Assembly (NCBI GenBank): GCA_963847625.1
Contig: CAWKAR010000027.1
Coordinates: forward strand, 192,001-256,000
Source of the DNA: a candidate division FCPU426 bacterium
Lineage (GTDB): Bacteria > Oederibacteriota > Muellerivitia > Muellerivitales > Muellerivitaceae
DNA: 64,000 bases
Reading direction: 5' to 3'
The position numbers and the translations under genes were made by a program. This document shows positions 1 through 9,387 of the stretch, in pieces (positions within the stretch are counted from its first letter, which is position 1; every line of letters starts with the position of its first letter). The notes beneath the pieces were generated by a model that was not told where the DNA came from, did not search any database, and saw only the letters and a program-made list of their open reading frames with translations.

Positions 1-456
1 AATAATCTGCTGGATGGGCTTTTTTTCATGGACACCATCAATCCATTGGCCAGATAGGTCAATCAGACCGGTCTGGTTCTTCGACTGGGTGAGAACTTCC
101 GTCTCGAAACGTCCCATCTGGCTGGTGGAGGCAGCTTGTTTTTCCTTGGCCCGTCCTCCGATCACATGCCGCATCGCCGGATCAACACTCAATCGTTCTG
201 CGTCGTTGGTGTCCTCGTAACCGGCTAGGCGGCTGTAGATTGATTGCCGCAAAAGCGCCGTCATCGTATGTTGCGTATTCTTGCCGGTTCGCCGATCCCT
301 CAGAAGGTTTTCCGTTCTGTCAGTCAAACCAAAGGCTTCATCGAGTTCACGATAGGGAATCAACCCGCCATCGGAAGTGACCTTCGCGCCATGGAACTCC
401 AGCTTGAGACCAGGATCAAAAACCACCCGAAGAGCGTCTTTTCCCCTTTCACCCAT
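1..456 (-). CDS. IS1380-family transposase, N-terminal part (runs off the window); not in the ORF track
   Basis: Manual translation from ATG at 456: MGERGKDALRVVFDPGLKLEFHGAKVTSDGGLIPYRELDEAFGLT...RLAGYEDTNDAERLSVDPAMR, typical of the IS1380 N-terminus; G-rich RBS upstream. Confidence 0.85.
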   Translation of the reverse strand, partial: MGERGKDALRVVFDPGLKLEFHGAKVTSDGGLIPYRELDEAFGLTDRTENLLRDRRTGKNTQHTMTALLRQSIYSRLAGYEDTNDAERLSVDPAMRHVIGGRAKEKQAASTSQMGRFETEVLTQSKNQTGLIDLSGQWIDGVHEKKPIQQII

Positions 457-562
457 TGCATTCCCCCCTCTCGTGGTCCCCAAAGTGAAGAAAAACCTTT
501 GTTTGTATGGCCAAACGACGCCTTATTATACTCGAAAGGTAATTTCATCTGGGAAATCCGGG
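1..562 (-). mobile_element. IS1380-family insertion sequence, left end (partial)
   Basis: Minus-strand end CCCGGATTTCCCAGATG starts at 562; abrupt GC-to-AT switch at 563. Confidence 0.75.
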
Positions 563-563
563 T

Positions 564-806
564 TTAAATGTTCTTCCATACAAAGTTGATTTAGAAAGAG
601 CAGTTAACATACTATATGGAAAAGTTGTAGAAGTTTTAGCTTTAAATACCCCATTTGTTATAGCTAATGGGGATACACTTACAGGAATTTTAAAAAGCGA
701 AAAAAAAGAGCTTAAAAAAACAACTACCTGTGAAGTCTCAATGCAAAACGTGCCAATGGCTGGTCCTCAACAAGCAGTAACTTTAAAAACGTCTGCTTGG
801 GTTTAA
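564..806 (+). pseudogene. 3' remnant of an AT-rich gene interrupted by the IS1380 element
   Basis: Open frame of 80 codons (LNVLPYKVDLERAVNIL...TLKTSAWV*) begins at the IS boundary with no RBS. Confidence 0.55.
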
Positions 807-838
807 TGATATAATTAGTCTCGGCAGAAGGAGAGAAA

Positions 839-1036
839 ATGAAGCTACTTTTTAATTCTTCGATACCAGTAAGCCGATTATCTGAATTTTCTGATGTAGT
901 TAATTATGTTTCTTCAGCTATTGAGCAAAATGATCAATTCATTATAGTTAATGATCAAAATCCCATTGTTGAATTAATTAATCAATCCAACAAAAGCATT
1001 CATGAATTGAGAAAAGAGAAAAAGCAGAAAAAATAA
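839..1036 (+). CDS. small AT-rich hypothetical protein
   Basis: 65 aa ORF with AGGAGAG RBS. Confidence 0.5.
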   Translation: MKLLFNSSIPVSRLSEFSDVVNYVSSAIEQNDQFIIVNDQNPIVELINQSNKSIHELRKEKKQKK

Positions 1037-1505
1037 TTCTTAAAGAGTATCTTAATCACCAAAAACCAAAGGAATTATTTCTCCGAGTTTCGGGAAAGTT
1101 TTTTCCAATAATATGTGAAATTGGTCCCACGTTGCCGCCGCCCTCATTATTCAATCGCAATAATAAACGGTGTCATTAATTTTTAATATTTAAAACTCTT
1201 CCGAGAACAATTAGATATCCATTCTTCATTGTGTTTCTTCCTCCCCACCATTTCTTATCATTTGTTTATGCAAATGACATTGCCATTAATCGCCTATCAA
1301 CTTGTGGTTGATGGGCGGGCAAATCCCGCGAAGATCCATGATCCGTGAACTGCTGTCTTAAAACACCAATATAAAATGGATAATGGAAAATGAATAATGG
1401 TTGAAGATTTCCAAAGGACGGGGTCGTTGTCATTTTCAGGGGGCCTGCTAAAATAACGGCTCGTTTTGAGCCGCATTTAATAACAGGATGAACAGGATAA
1501 ATGAC

Positions 1506-2705
1506 ATGAAACAGACCCAACTTCCGCTTCCCCTGGGGTACATCGCCTCAGGAGTCCACGCGGGATTAAAGAAAGACCGCAGGCTGGACCTGGCCCTGAT
1601 CTGCTCCACCCTGCCGGCCCAGGCGGCCGGGATGGTCACCACCAACCGGGTGAAAGCCGCGCCGGCCCGGCACACGGAAAAGGCCCTGAAAGCCGGCCAT
1701 AAAATCCAGGCGGTCGTGGTCACCACCTCCAACGCCAATGCCCTGACCGGCAAGCAAGGCGAGAGGGATGTCCAAACCACCGTCAAAGCTGCGGGTGACC
1801 TTTTGGGGTTGGACGATCAAGCCGTCCTGATGCATTCCACGGGCGTCATCGGGGTCCCCCTTCCCATGCCGAAAGTATTGGCCGGTCTCCGGCACGCCGT
1901 CCTTTGCCTTTCCCGCAGGGGGGGCATGGACGCGGCGAACGCCATCCTCACCACGGACACGTTCGCGAAGGTTTCCGCCAGGCCGTTCACGGTGGGCGGA
2001 AAAAACGCGTGGCTCACGGGGCTGGCCAAGGGGTCGGGCATGATCCATCCGAACATGGCCACGATGCTGGTTTACCTTTTGACGGACGCCGCGATTTCCC
2101 GGCCGCTTTTGCGGAAGGCCCTCCAGGAGGCGGTAGAAGAAAGCTTCCACCGCATCACGGTGGACGGGGACGTTTCCACCAACGATTCGGTGCTGTTGCT
2201 TTCCAACGGCGCCTGCGGCAACAAGCCCCTATCGTCTCCGGGTGCGGATTACCGGAATTTCGTGAAAGTCCTCAGTGAGGTTTGCCTGGACTTGGCGAAA
2301 GCCGTCGTGAGGGACGGGGAGGGAGCCACGAAATTCGTGACGATATCGGTTCGGGGCGCCCGGACGGATTCGGACGCCTACCTGGCGGCCATGGCAACGG
2401 CCAAATCACCCCTGGTGAAAACCGCCCTTTTCGGGGCCGACCCCAACTGGGGTAGGGCCTTGGCGGCGGTGGGTTATTCCGGCGCGAAGGTGGAGGAGTA
2501 CAAGGCGAAAGTTTGGATCGGCGGCTACCGGGTTTATGACCGGGGGAAAAAACTGACCTGGTCCCGGGAAAAATTAAGGAAGATCCTCAAGGGAAAAAAC
2601 GTGGATATCGCGGTGGACCTGGGGTTGGGAAAAGGAAGGACCACGGTTTATACCTGCGACCTGACGGATGGGTACATCGATATCAACGGCCGTTACACGA
2701 CCTAA
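1506..2705 (+). CDS. argJ: bifunctional ornithine acetyltransferase / N-acetylglutamate synthase
   Basis: Motifs STGVIG, ILTTDT, AKGSGMIHPNMATML, DGDVSTND, DGEGATK, DPNWGR; the upstream ATG at 1488 lies in a 9-bp repeat. Confidence 0.95.
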   Translation: MKQTQLPLPLGYIASGVHAGLKKDRRLDLALICSTLPAQAAGMVTTNRVKAAPARHTEKALKAGHKIQAVVVTTSNANALTGKQGERDVQTTVKAAGDLLGLDDQAVLMHSTGVIGVPLPMPKVLAGLRHAVLCLSRRGGMDAANAILTTDTFAKVSARPFTVGGKNAWLTGLAKGSGMIHPNMATMLVYLLTDAAISRPLLRKALQEAVEESFHRITVDGDVSTNDSVLLLSNGACGNKPLSSPGADYRNFVKVLSEVCLDLAKAVVRDGEGATKFVTISVRGARTDSDAYLAAMATAKSPLVKTALFGADPNWGRALAAVGYSGAKVEEYKAKVWIGGYRVYDRGKKLTWSREKLRKILKGKNVDIAVDLGLGKGRTTVYTCDLTDGYIDINGRYTT

Positions 2706-2776
2706 TAGTTCAAATCACAATTCCGTTCTGGGTTTTCTTTTTCGGTGTTATTTCAGTTAAGTCGTCATAGTACCTT

Positions 2777-2917
2777 CACACCTGTCCAAAATAAATCTAG
2801 CCACGGATGCATGGGATTCATGGGATTTATAAGCATAAATTTTTAAAAACTTTTTTTGTGGTCTATCCGAGTGCATCCCCTGAATCCGTGGCAAAGGACT
2901 TGGTTTTGCTTAACGCC
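2777..2917 (-). repeat. dispersed MITE/REP-like element family A, copy 1
   Basis: Reverse complement matches 4150-4446 and 56572-56705 (GCCACGGATTCAGGGGATG...AATCCCATGAATCCCATGCATCCGTGGCTAG). Confidence 0.8.
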
Positions 2918-3086
2918 TTACAGATAAAAGAATTCCTGATTTTATTTATCTTTGTTACCTGGATTTTGTTTAATTTGGACGGCAATGAAGTCCCTTTTTT
3001 TATTTAAAGGGAATTGGCACAATGACATCTTAAAGATGAAAGCTTTTGATCAAATACGAACTGAGAGATTGAAATAGGAGAGACGA

Positions 3087-4148
3087 TTGAAAAAACGAAA
3101 AACCAGGAAGGGCGCCATCGGCAAGATCGGCGAATTCGGGTTCATCGGTAAAATCCGGACCCTTTTGAAATCCAATCCTCCATCCGTCATCCAGGGACTG
3201 GGCGACGACGCCGCCATATTCAAACCCTCGGCGGGCCACGAGCTGGTTTTCACCACCGACATGCTGGTGGAAGGCCGGCACTTCGACTTCCGCTTCATCA
3301 CGCCCTGGCAATTGGGAGCCAAAACCATGGCGGTCAACCTGAGCGATTGCGCGGCCATGGGGGCGAAACCCACCGTGGCGGTGCTTTCCATCGGCGTGCC
3401 GTCCTCTTTCCCGGTGAGGGACCTCGAGGCTTTTTACGACGGCCTCACGGGCTGGGGCGAATCCTACGGCGCTAGGGTAGTAGGCGGCGACACGGTGGGA
3501 AGCGAAAAGTTCATCGTGAACCTGGCCTTGATCGGGGAAATCGAACCGGGAAGGGCGCTCTTAAGAAGCGGGGCCAAGGTTGGGGATTCCGTCCTCGTGA
3601 CGGGAACCCTGGGCGATTCGGCCGCGGGCCTTCACACCCTCCGGCATCCCTCCGGGAGGGGCAAGGAAGCCATTCCCCTTTTGATCAAACGCCACCTGAC
3701 CCCCGTCCCTCGTTTCAACGTGGGCCGGTATCTTTCCACCCGAAAACTGGCTACCTCCGCCATCGACATCTCGGACGGCCTTTCCAGCGAAATCAACCAT
3801 TTATGCCGGGAATCGGGAGTGGGGGCGGAAATTCTTGAGGAGACCATTCCCCTTTCGATCGCCATGATCCATTATTGCCATGAAAACCGCTTGAAGCCGC
3901 TGGACTTCGCCCTGGGGGGCGGGGAAGATTACGAGCTTTTATTCACCGTGAAATCCTCCCGGGCTGAGCAGATTTCCCATGAACTGTCCGCGGAAACGGG
4001 CACTCCCGTCCATGTCATCGGGAAGATGGTTTCCCCGGCCAAGGGCGTCCGCTTGGTCACCCGCAAGGGAAAAAGAACGGCCTTGAAGCCGGGGGGATAC
4101 GATCATTTTTCAGGTTTGAAAAATACACAAAACATTTTTAAGCCTTAA
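3087..4148 (+). CDS. thiL: thiamine-monophosphate kinase
   Basis: GEFGFI, GLGDDAA, TTDMLVEGRHF, NLSDCAAMG, IDISDGL, GGEDYELLF. Confidence 0.95.
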   Translation: MKKRKTRKGAIGKIGEFGFIGKIRTLLKSNPPSVIQGLGDDAAIFKPSAGHELVFTTDMLVEGRHFDFRFITPWQLGAKTMAVNLSDCAAMGAKPTVAVLSIGVPSSFPVRDLEAFYDGLTGWGESYGARVVGGDTVGSEKFIVNLALIGEIEPGRALLRSGAKVGDSVLVTGTLGDSAAGLHTLRHPSGRGKEAIPLLIKRHLTPVPRFNVGRYLSTRKLATSAIDISDGLSSEINHLCRESGVGAEILEETIPLSIAMIHYCHENRLKPLDFALGGGEDYELLFTVKSSRAEQISHELSAETGTPVHVIGKMVSPAKGVRLVTRKGKRTALKPGGYDHFSGLKNTQNIFKP

Positions 4149-4149
4149 A

Positions 4150-4446
4150 GGCGTAAAGCAAGACCAAATTTTTGCCACGGATTCAGGGGATGTGCCGATT
4201 CACCCATAAACCAGTTAAGGATATCGGTACTATACCGAACTTTCATTGAAAGCTTTAATGAGGTTCGGCATGCACTCAGATTGTCCTAAGAAAAAGGCTT
4301 TAAGTATTTATGTTTATTAAATCCCATGAATCCCATGCATCTGTGCCGATTATCCAAAAAAATTATTGGAGATCGGTACAATACCAATCTCAATAAAAGC
4401 TTTATGGAAGATTGGCATGTGGCTAGGTTTATTTTGGACAGGTGTG
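4150..4446 (+). repeat. family A element, copy 2, carrying two nested double-hairpin insertions (4193-4270, 4344-4417)
   Basis: Aligns to copies 1 and 3 once the two inserts are removed. Confidence 0.8.
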
Positions 4447-4473
4447 TAAACAAATTAAAATCAGGGGCACTTT

Positions 4474-4947
4474 TTGCTGACCACTAGTTTCAACTGTGAG
4501 TCGCCCGAGGAAACCCAAAAGCTGGGGGAGTTGGCCGGTTCCAAGGCTTTGCGGGGCGATGTCTGGTGCCTTTCGGGGCCCCTGGGCGCCGGGAAGACCC
4601 TGTTCATGAAGGGATTGGCCAAGGGCCTGGGGTTCGAGGGTATGGTGACCTCGCCCACTTTCGCGCTCCAGCACATTTACGAGGGGCGGTTGACGCTATA
4701 CCATTTCGACTGGTACAGGCTTTTGAAGCCCGGGGAAGTCCAGGGGCTCGGCTGGGAGGAGTGGCTGACCCGGGGGGGAGTGGTGGCCGTGGAATGGGGG
4801 GACAAGTTCCCGGAACTCATGCCCGACACCGCCCTCAAAATAGGTTTTGACATCGTTTCCGATGAAGTCAGGCGAGTCACGTTGGAAGCCGGCCATCCCG
4901 GCTCGATCCCGCGTTTGGAGGAGTTGATTCAATGCTGGCCGCCCTAG
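4474..4947 (+). CDS. tsaE: tRNA t6A biosynthesis ATPase
   Basis: GPLGAGKT, VTSPTF, YHFDWYRL, VEWG. Confidence 0.95.
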   Translation: MLTTSFNCESPEETQKLGELAGSKALRGDVWCLSGPLGAGKTLFMKGLAKGLGFEGMVTSPTFALQHIYEGRLTLYHFDWYRLLKPGEVQGLGWEEWLTRGGVVAVEWGDKFPELMPDTALKIGFDIVSDEVRRVTLEAGHPGSIPRLEELIQCWPP

Positions 4948-5621
4948 AAACCACGACACACATTTCAAGCGTCGCCCTGCTCGACTTGGTCACAGGCGAA
5001 GAGATCGCCGAATGCTCACTGCCCGCGGGATGGGAAAGCTCCGCCACCCTCGTCCCGGCCTTGGAAACCCTCCTCCAGCAGAAGGGGTTCGACCCCCGGG
5101 ACCTGGACGCCGTGGCTGTTTCCATCGGGCCGGGGAGTTTCACGGGCATCCGGGTGGGCATGGCCACAGCGCAGGGCCTTTGCCTTCCCTCCAATCTCCT
5201 GGCGTACGGCATCAACACCCTCGACGGCTTGGCCGAGAACCTCCGGCATTCCGAGATGCTGGGGGAGGCTTTGTGCCTGCTGGACGCGCAAAGAAACGAG
5301 TGTTTTACGGGACACTACCTGATCGAGCCGGAAAGTTTCCGCCACCTCAGCCCCTCCGGAATCATGGGAGTGGACATGATGTCCACCTTGTTAAGGGAGC
5401 GGGCCTGGATCATTGGGCCGGGCGCGTTGAAGTTCGAGAAGGATATCCGGGAATGCCTGGGAACCAGCGCCATGTTCGCCTTCACGGCCCTTCACCAACC
5501 CAAGGCCATGAGCATCGCCCGGGTTGCCTACCGGAGGTGGAAGGCGGGCTCCCGGACGACCGTCGACCAGATGGAGCCCCTTTACCTGCGCCCGCCAGCG
5601 GTGGACGAAAAACCGGGCTAA
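4932..5621 (+). CDS. tsaB: tRNA t6A biosynthesis protein TsaB
   Basis: LALETT, GPGSFTGIRVG, PLYLR; follows tsaE. Confidence 0.93.
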   Translation: MLAALETTTHISSVALLDLVTGEEIAECSLPAGWESSATLVPALETLLQQKGFDPRDLDAVAVSIGPGSFTGIRVGMATAQGLCLPSNLLAYGINTLDGLAENLRHSEMLGEALCLLDAQRNECFTGHYLIEPESFRHLSPSGIMGVDMMSTLLRERAWIIGPGALKFEKDIRECLGTSAMFAFTALHQPKAMSIARVAYRRWKAGSRTTVDQMEPLYLRPPAVDEKPG

Positions 5622-5666
5622 AAATTTTTGATCCGGAATACCTGGTTCCGGCGACCCTGAGGAACT

Positions 5667-6116
5667 ATGACCTTTCGTCCCATGCTGATGGAAGACCTGG
5701 AGCAAGTGGCGGAGATCGAGAAAAATTCCATGCCCTCCCCCTGGTCCAAGGAATTGTTCGAGGAGGAACTCCACCGGGACCAGGCGCATTACTTCGTCCT
5801 GGAGGAGGAAGGCAAGGTTGCGGGATACATGGGCTATTGGGAGGCGCCCCAGGAAGCCCATATCATCACCCTGGCCGTCCATCCGGGTTTCCGGGCCCGG
5901 GGGTTGGGAAGCCAGATCGTCCACCAGTGCCTGGGTTACGCCGCCAAGCGGGGGGCCAGGCTGGCCACCCTGGAGGCGAGGGAGGGAAACGAGGCGGCCC
6001 GGGGCCTTTACGAGAAATGCGGGTTCCGGTTCGTCGCGATCCGCAAGAAATATTACAGCGACAACCTGGAGGACGCGGTGGTGATGCTGAAGGAACTGAC
6101 GGACGCTGAAAGTTGA
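5667..6116 (+). CDS. rimI: ribosomal-protein-alanine N-acetyltransferase
   Basis: GNAT motifs LAVHPGFRARGLG, LEAREGNEAARGLY, RKKYY...EDAVVM. Confidence 0.9.
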   Translation: MTFRPMLMEDLEQVAEIEKNSMPSPWSKELFEEELHRDQAHYFVLEEEGKVAGYMGYWEAPQEAHIITLAVHPGFRARGLGSQIVHQCLGYAAKRGARLATLEAREGNEAARGLYEKCGFRFVAIRKKYYSDNLEDAVVMLKELTDAES

Positions 6117-6155
6117 AAATGCCTGATTCCGTGATTTTGTTGTGAGATTAATTTA

Positions 6156-6400
6156 AGGGATTTACTTACTTAACTCCCTTTTGCTGGAGGGTTTATTTGT
6201 CATTGCGAGGAACGAATTTTGTGACGAAGCAACCACAGTTCATGGGTGGTTTAAAGCTGTGGGTTTTGCCAGTGGTAAAAACTGTTATTTAAACTGAGGT
6301 TGCCACGTCATGACCGCCCCGCTATTCGCGGGGCATTCCTCGCAATGACACCTAACTAAATCTTTACTTTTCGTCTAGGGAGTTAAGTAAGTAAATCCCT
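6156..6400. mobile_element. MITE, 245 bp, with perfect 24-bp terminal inverted repeats and a 6-bp target duplication
   Basis: AGGGATTTACTTACTTAACTCCCT at 6156-6179 and its reverse complement at 6377-6400; AATTTA at 6150-6155 and 6401-6406. Confidence 0.8.
6198..6350. repeat. palindromic REP-like element family B (TGTCATTGCGAG...CTCGCAATGACA)
   Basis: 15-bp terminal inverted repeat; related copies at 38836 (left half) and 50727-52080. Confidence 0.8.
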
Positions 6401-6416
6401 AATTTAAAGGTACAAC

Positions 6417-7766
6417 ATGCCAGAACCGTTCCAAAATTTTATAACCTCCTTGCGCGACACCGGCGAGGAAGCCTTCGAGCTGGTCCTGAGGAAACCCATC
6501 AATCTCCTGGGGGCGCAGGGAGCCAAGGCCCGCCGGATGTTCCTGGACCTTCCCCTGCGGCAAAAAGTCACCATTTACGCGGGCGTCCTTTGGGTCATTC
6601 CCATCGTCATCGTCAGCCAATACGCCAGCCTTTATATGTTGAGTTTGGGGCTCTCCAAGACCGAAGTCGGGGTTTATCCGTCCCTGATGGGCCTCGTCAG
6701 CCTGGTGGGTTATTTTCTCGGCGGCTATTTGTCCGACGCCTGGGGGAGGAAGAAAACCCTCATTACTTTCGACATCCTGAGCTGGGGCGGATACTGCCTT
6801 TGTCTCGCTATGGCGTTCAACAAGTGGTGGTGCGTGGCCGCCATTTTCTTCATGGCCACCAATTCCGGGTCGACCGCGCCCTATGTCTGCCTGCTGGCCG
6901 AGGGGGTGGCCAAAAAAACCAGGCCGCTCGTTTTTTCAGTCCTGGCCATCGTCAACATGATGCCTTCCCTGGCGTTTCTCTCCCTCCTGGGCGGCATTTG
7001 GGTGAACCAGCACGGCCGTTTGAAAGCCGGCCACGAGATGTTCTGGCTTTTCTTCGCCTTCATCGCGTTGGGCATCGCGTTAAGGTGGAGATACCTCCCG
7101 AAATCCCCGACTTTCGAGAAACCGTCCGGGTCCTGGTACCGGATCTTCCGGGATGGCCTGAACCAATACCGGAAATCCCTCCGACCTTTTTTCCAAAAGA
7201 AAATCCCCCGCATCATGCTTTTTTCCAAGTTCCTGGACGAATGGATCATCTGGGCTTGGAGTATTTATTCCTCCCTTTATTTTGTCGACCATCTCGGCAT
7301 GAAGGATTCCTACCTGTCCATCCTGGGGCCCGTTTCAGCTTATCCGGCCGCCCTCGTGGTTTTTTTGTTCGTGCCCCAGCTTAAGCAAAAGCAGGTCATG
7401 AAGATTTTGGGGGTGGACCAATTGTTCGGGGTGGCCGCTTTCGCGATCCTCCTGCTGCTTTCCCCCGGGGGCAACAACATCCTCCTGGTTTGCCTGTTAT
7501 CGGCCAGCTTGTGGGCGGTCGGCGTCGCCCTTTACGGGTCGGTCAGCGCTTCCGTGTGGATGAACATCATGAGGGAAAAGGAAAGGAGCAAGGTGGTGGC
7601 GGCCTCCTACGCGGCCATCAAGCTCGGCCTTTTGACCGGGGCTCTCGGCGCCCTTGTTTACGGGAAAATCTCGCCTGTGGTTTTGCTTTATTTGATGATC
7701 GGCCTGAGAATTTTAAATTTTTACCTTTTACGGCGCGCGTCAAAGCTTCTCCTGAAAACTTCATAA
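6417..7766 (+). CDS. MFS transporter
   Basis: About 12 hydrophobic segments; motif A GGYLSDAWGRK. Confidence 0.85.
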   Translation: MPEPFQNFITSLRDTGEEAFELVLRKPINLLGAQGAKARRMFLDLPLRQKVTIYAGVLWVIPIVIVSQYASLYMLSLGLSKTEVGVYPSLMGLVSLVGYFLGGYLSDAWGRKKTLITFDILSWGGYCLCLAMAFNKWWCVAAIFFMATNSGSTAPYVCLLAEGVAKKTRPLVFSVLAIVNMMPSLAFLSLLGGIWVNQHGRLKAGHEMFWLFFAFIALGIALRWRYLPKSPTFEKPSGSWYRIFRDGLNQYRKSLRPFFQKKIPRIMLFSKFLDEWIIWAWSIYSSLYFVDHLGMKDSYLSILGPVSAYPAALVVFLFVPQLKQKQVMKILGVDQLFGVAAFAILLLLSPGGNNILLVCLLSASLWAVGVALYGSVSASVWMNIMREKERSKVVAASYAAIKLGLLTGALGALVYGKISPVVLLYLMIGLRILNFYLLRRASKLLLKTS

Positions 7767-7789
7767 ACCTATAGCAATAAAGGAACAGT

Positions 7790-8662
7790 GTGGGATACCT
7801 ATACGCGTTGGCGGCTTTCGCCTGCATCGGCAGTTACCTGGTGCCTGTGCGTTTTTCCACGGCCAAGGGGATTTCCTTCCTGCCCCTCATGGGCCTGGGA
7901 ATGCTGCTTTTGGAATTATTCCGGTGGGGCTCCATCGGAGCGCTTTGGATCCATCCCCTATGGTTTTGGGGCAGTCTGGTGTCGGGTTTCCTATGGGTTT
8001 TAGGGCAGGGATTTGGCAACCTGGCCCTGGAGGAAATCAGCCTGGCAAAAGCCGCCGCTTTCTACAACACCAACACTTTCATCAACATGGGGCTGGGTTT
8101 GGCCCTTTTTAAGGAAGCCTCGGGTTGGAGGTCCTACCTGTTGTTGCTGGCGGGCGGGTGCCTGCTTTTCACGGGAGCCCTCTGGGTCTCCCGGGCGGCC
8201 GCGGTCCCGGCCAAGGAAAAAAACCTGAAAAGGGGAATTTGGCTGAGCTTATGCGCCGGGTTCTTCTGGGGGATTTATTTCGTCCCGGTCAAGGCGCTCC
8301 AGGTCTTCTCGCCGGAACCGTCCCTTTCCTCCCTGGACGTCCTCACGGGCCTTGTATTGGGAGGAGGGATACCCGCCCTGGGCTTGGGTTTGTTTCAAAA
8401 CCGAAGGATCTGGACCTTGCGGAATGTGGGCTGGGGCGTCGTATGCGCCTTTTTATGGAACGTGGGCACTTTCTTTTTCCTAATGGCCATCCAAACGCTG
8501 GGACTTTCCCGCGCGGTTCCCGTGGTCAACTCCAACAGCCTGGTTTACGCGGCCTGGTCCTTTTTTGTGTTTAAGGAACTGCCCTTATCCCAAGGCGGAA
8601 AAGTTCTGGGCGGGACTTTATTGGCCATCTTGGGAATCATTTTCTTGGCCTGTTCCGCTTAA
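7790..8662 (+). CDS. DMT superfamily (GRP/EamA-like) transporter
   Basis: About 10 TM segments in two repeats; GSYLVP and GIYFVP motifs. Confidence 0.75.
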   Translation: MGYLYALAAFACIGSYLVPVRFSTAKGISFLPLMGLGMLLLELFRWGSIGALWIHPLWFWGSLVSGFLWVLGQGFGNLALEEISLAKAAAFYNTNTFINMGLGLALFKEASGWRSYLLLLAGGCLLFTGALWVSRAAAVPAKEKNLKRGIWLSLCAGFFWGIYFVPVKALQVFSPEPSLSSLDVLTGLVLGGGIPALGLGLFQNRRIWTLRNVGWGVVCAFLWNVGTFFFLMAIQTLGLSRAVPVVNSNSLVYAAWSFFVFKELPLSQGGKVLGGTLLAILGIIFLACSA

Positions 8663-8773
8663 AAAACCAGCGTGTTTTCTGTTGCGCTGATACAAAAAAT
8701 TATAATTTCCCCATGGAATCCCGGCTGTTTATAGCTTGAAACTTCGTGTTGAAACCCACATAATCATTTTTCC

Positions 8774-9349
8774 ATGAAAAATCAAAATAATATCGCACTC
8801 AAGGAATGGGCGGTCATCCTCAAGGCGCTGGAGGAAGGCAAACAGACCATCCTTTTGGGCAAGGACGGCGTCCGGGAAGAGGGAGGGGAATACCAACCCG
8901 AGCATCCGGAATTTTTCCTTTACCCGACCCTGGAGCAGGAGTCCAAACAGGGGATCAAGCCGGACTGGCGCCCGAGGCTCGCGGCCATCGAGCGGGAAAA
9001 CAAGGACCCCAAGCGGATCCATTTCCGGCTCTATGCCATTTTGGAGAAGGCGCAAAAGATAACCGATTGGGAGATTTGCAAGCGGATCGTCCCCTTTACG
9101 GTTTTCAGCGAGGATGCGGTTGAAAAACGCTTCAACGGCGGGGATTGGCAAGGGGTCTATCTTTTCGTCGTGCGCGCCTTTTCCCTGCCCGTCCCGTTGG
9201 ACCTTCCCGTGAAACCCTCCTATGAGGGGTGCAAAACATGGGTGCCCCTGGAGACGTCCATGTTTACGGCCGGGTCCCTTCCCGTGATTCCAGACGGCGC
9301 ATGGCCCTACACCCAGGGCAGTATTTTAAAGATGCTGAAAGCCGTTTAA
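8774..9349 (+). CDS. DUF1802 family protein
   Basis: ALKEWAVILKALEEGKQTILL, FFLYPT, YEGCKTWV. Confidence 0.8.
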   Translation: MKNQNNIALKEWAVILKALEEGKQTILLGKDGVREEGGEYQPEHPEFFLYPTLEQESKQGIKPDWRPRLAAIERENKDPKRIHFRLYAILEKAQKITDWEICKRIVPFTVFSEDAVEKRFNGGDWQGVYLFVVRAFSLPVPLDLPVKPSYEGCKTWVPLETSMFTAGSLPVIPDGAWPYTQGSILKMLKAV

Positions 9350-9387
9350 TCCCGAACAGGAAATCTTTCCAATCGCAAGAGATGACC

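Noticed and set aside
14..589. Short ORFs listed in the track over the IS1380 element (68, 107, 62, 70 aa)
   Set aside because: Antisense or alternate-frame shadows of the IS1380 transposase
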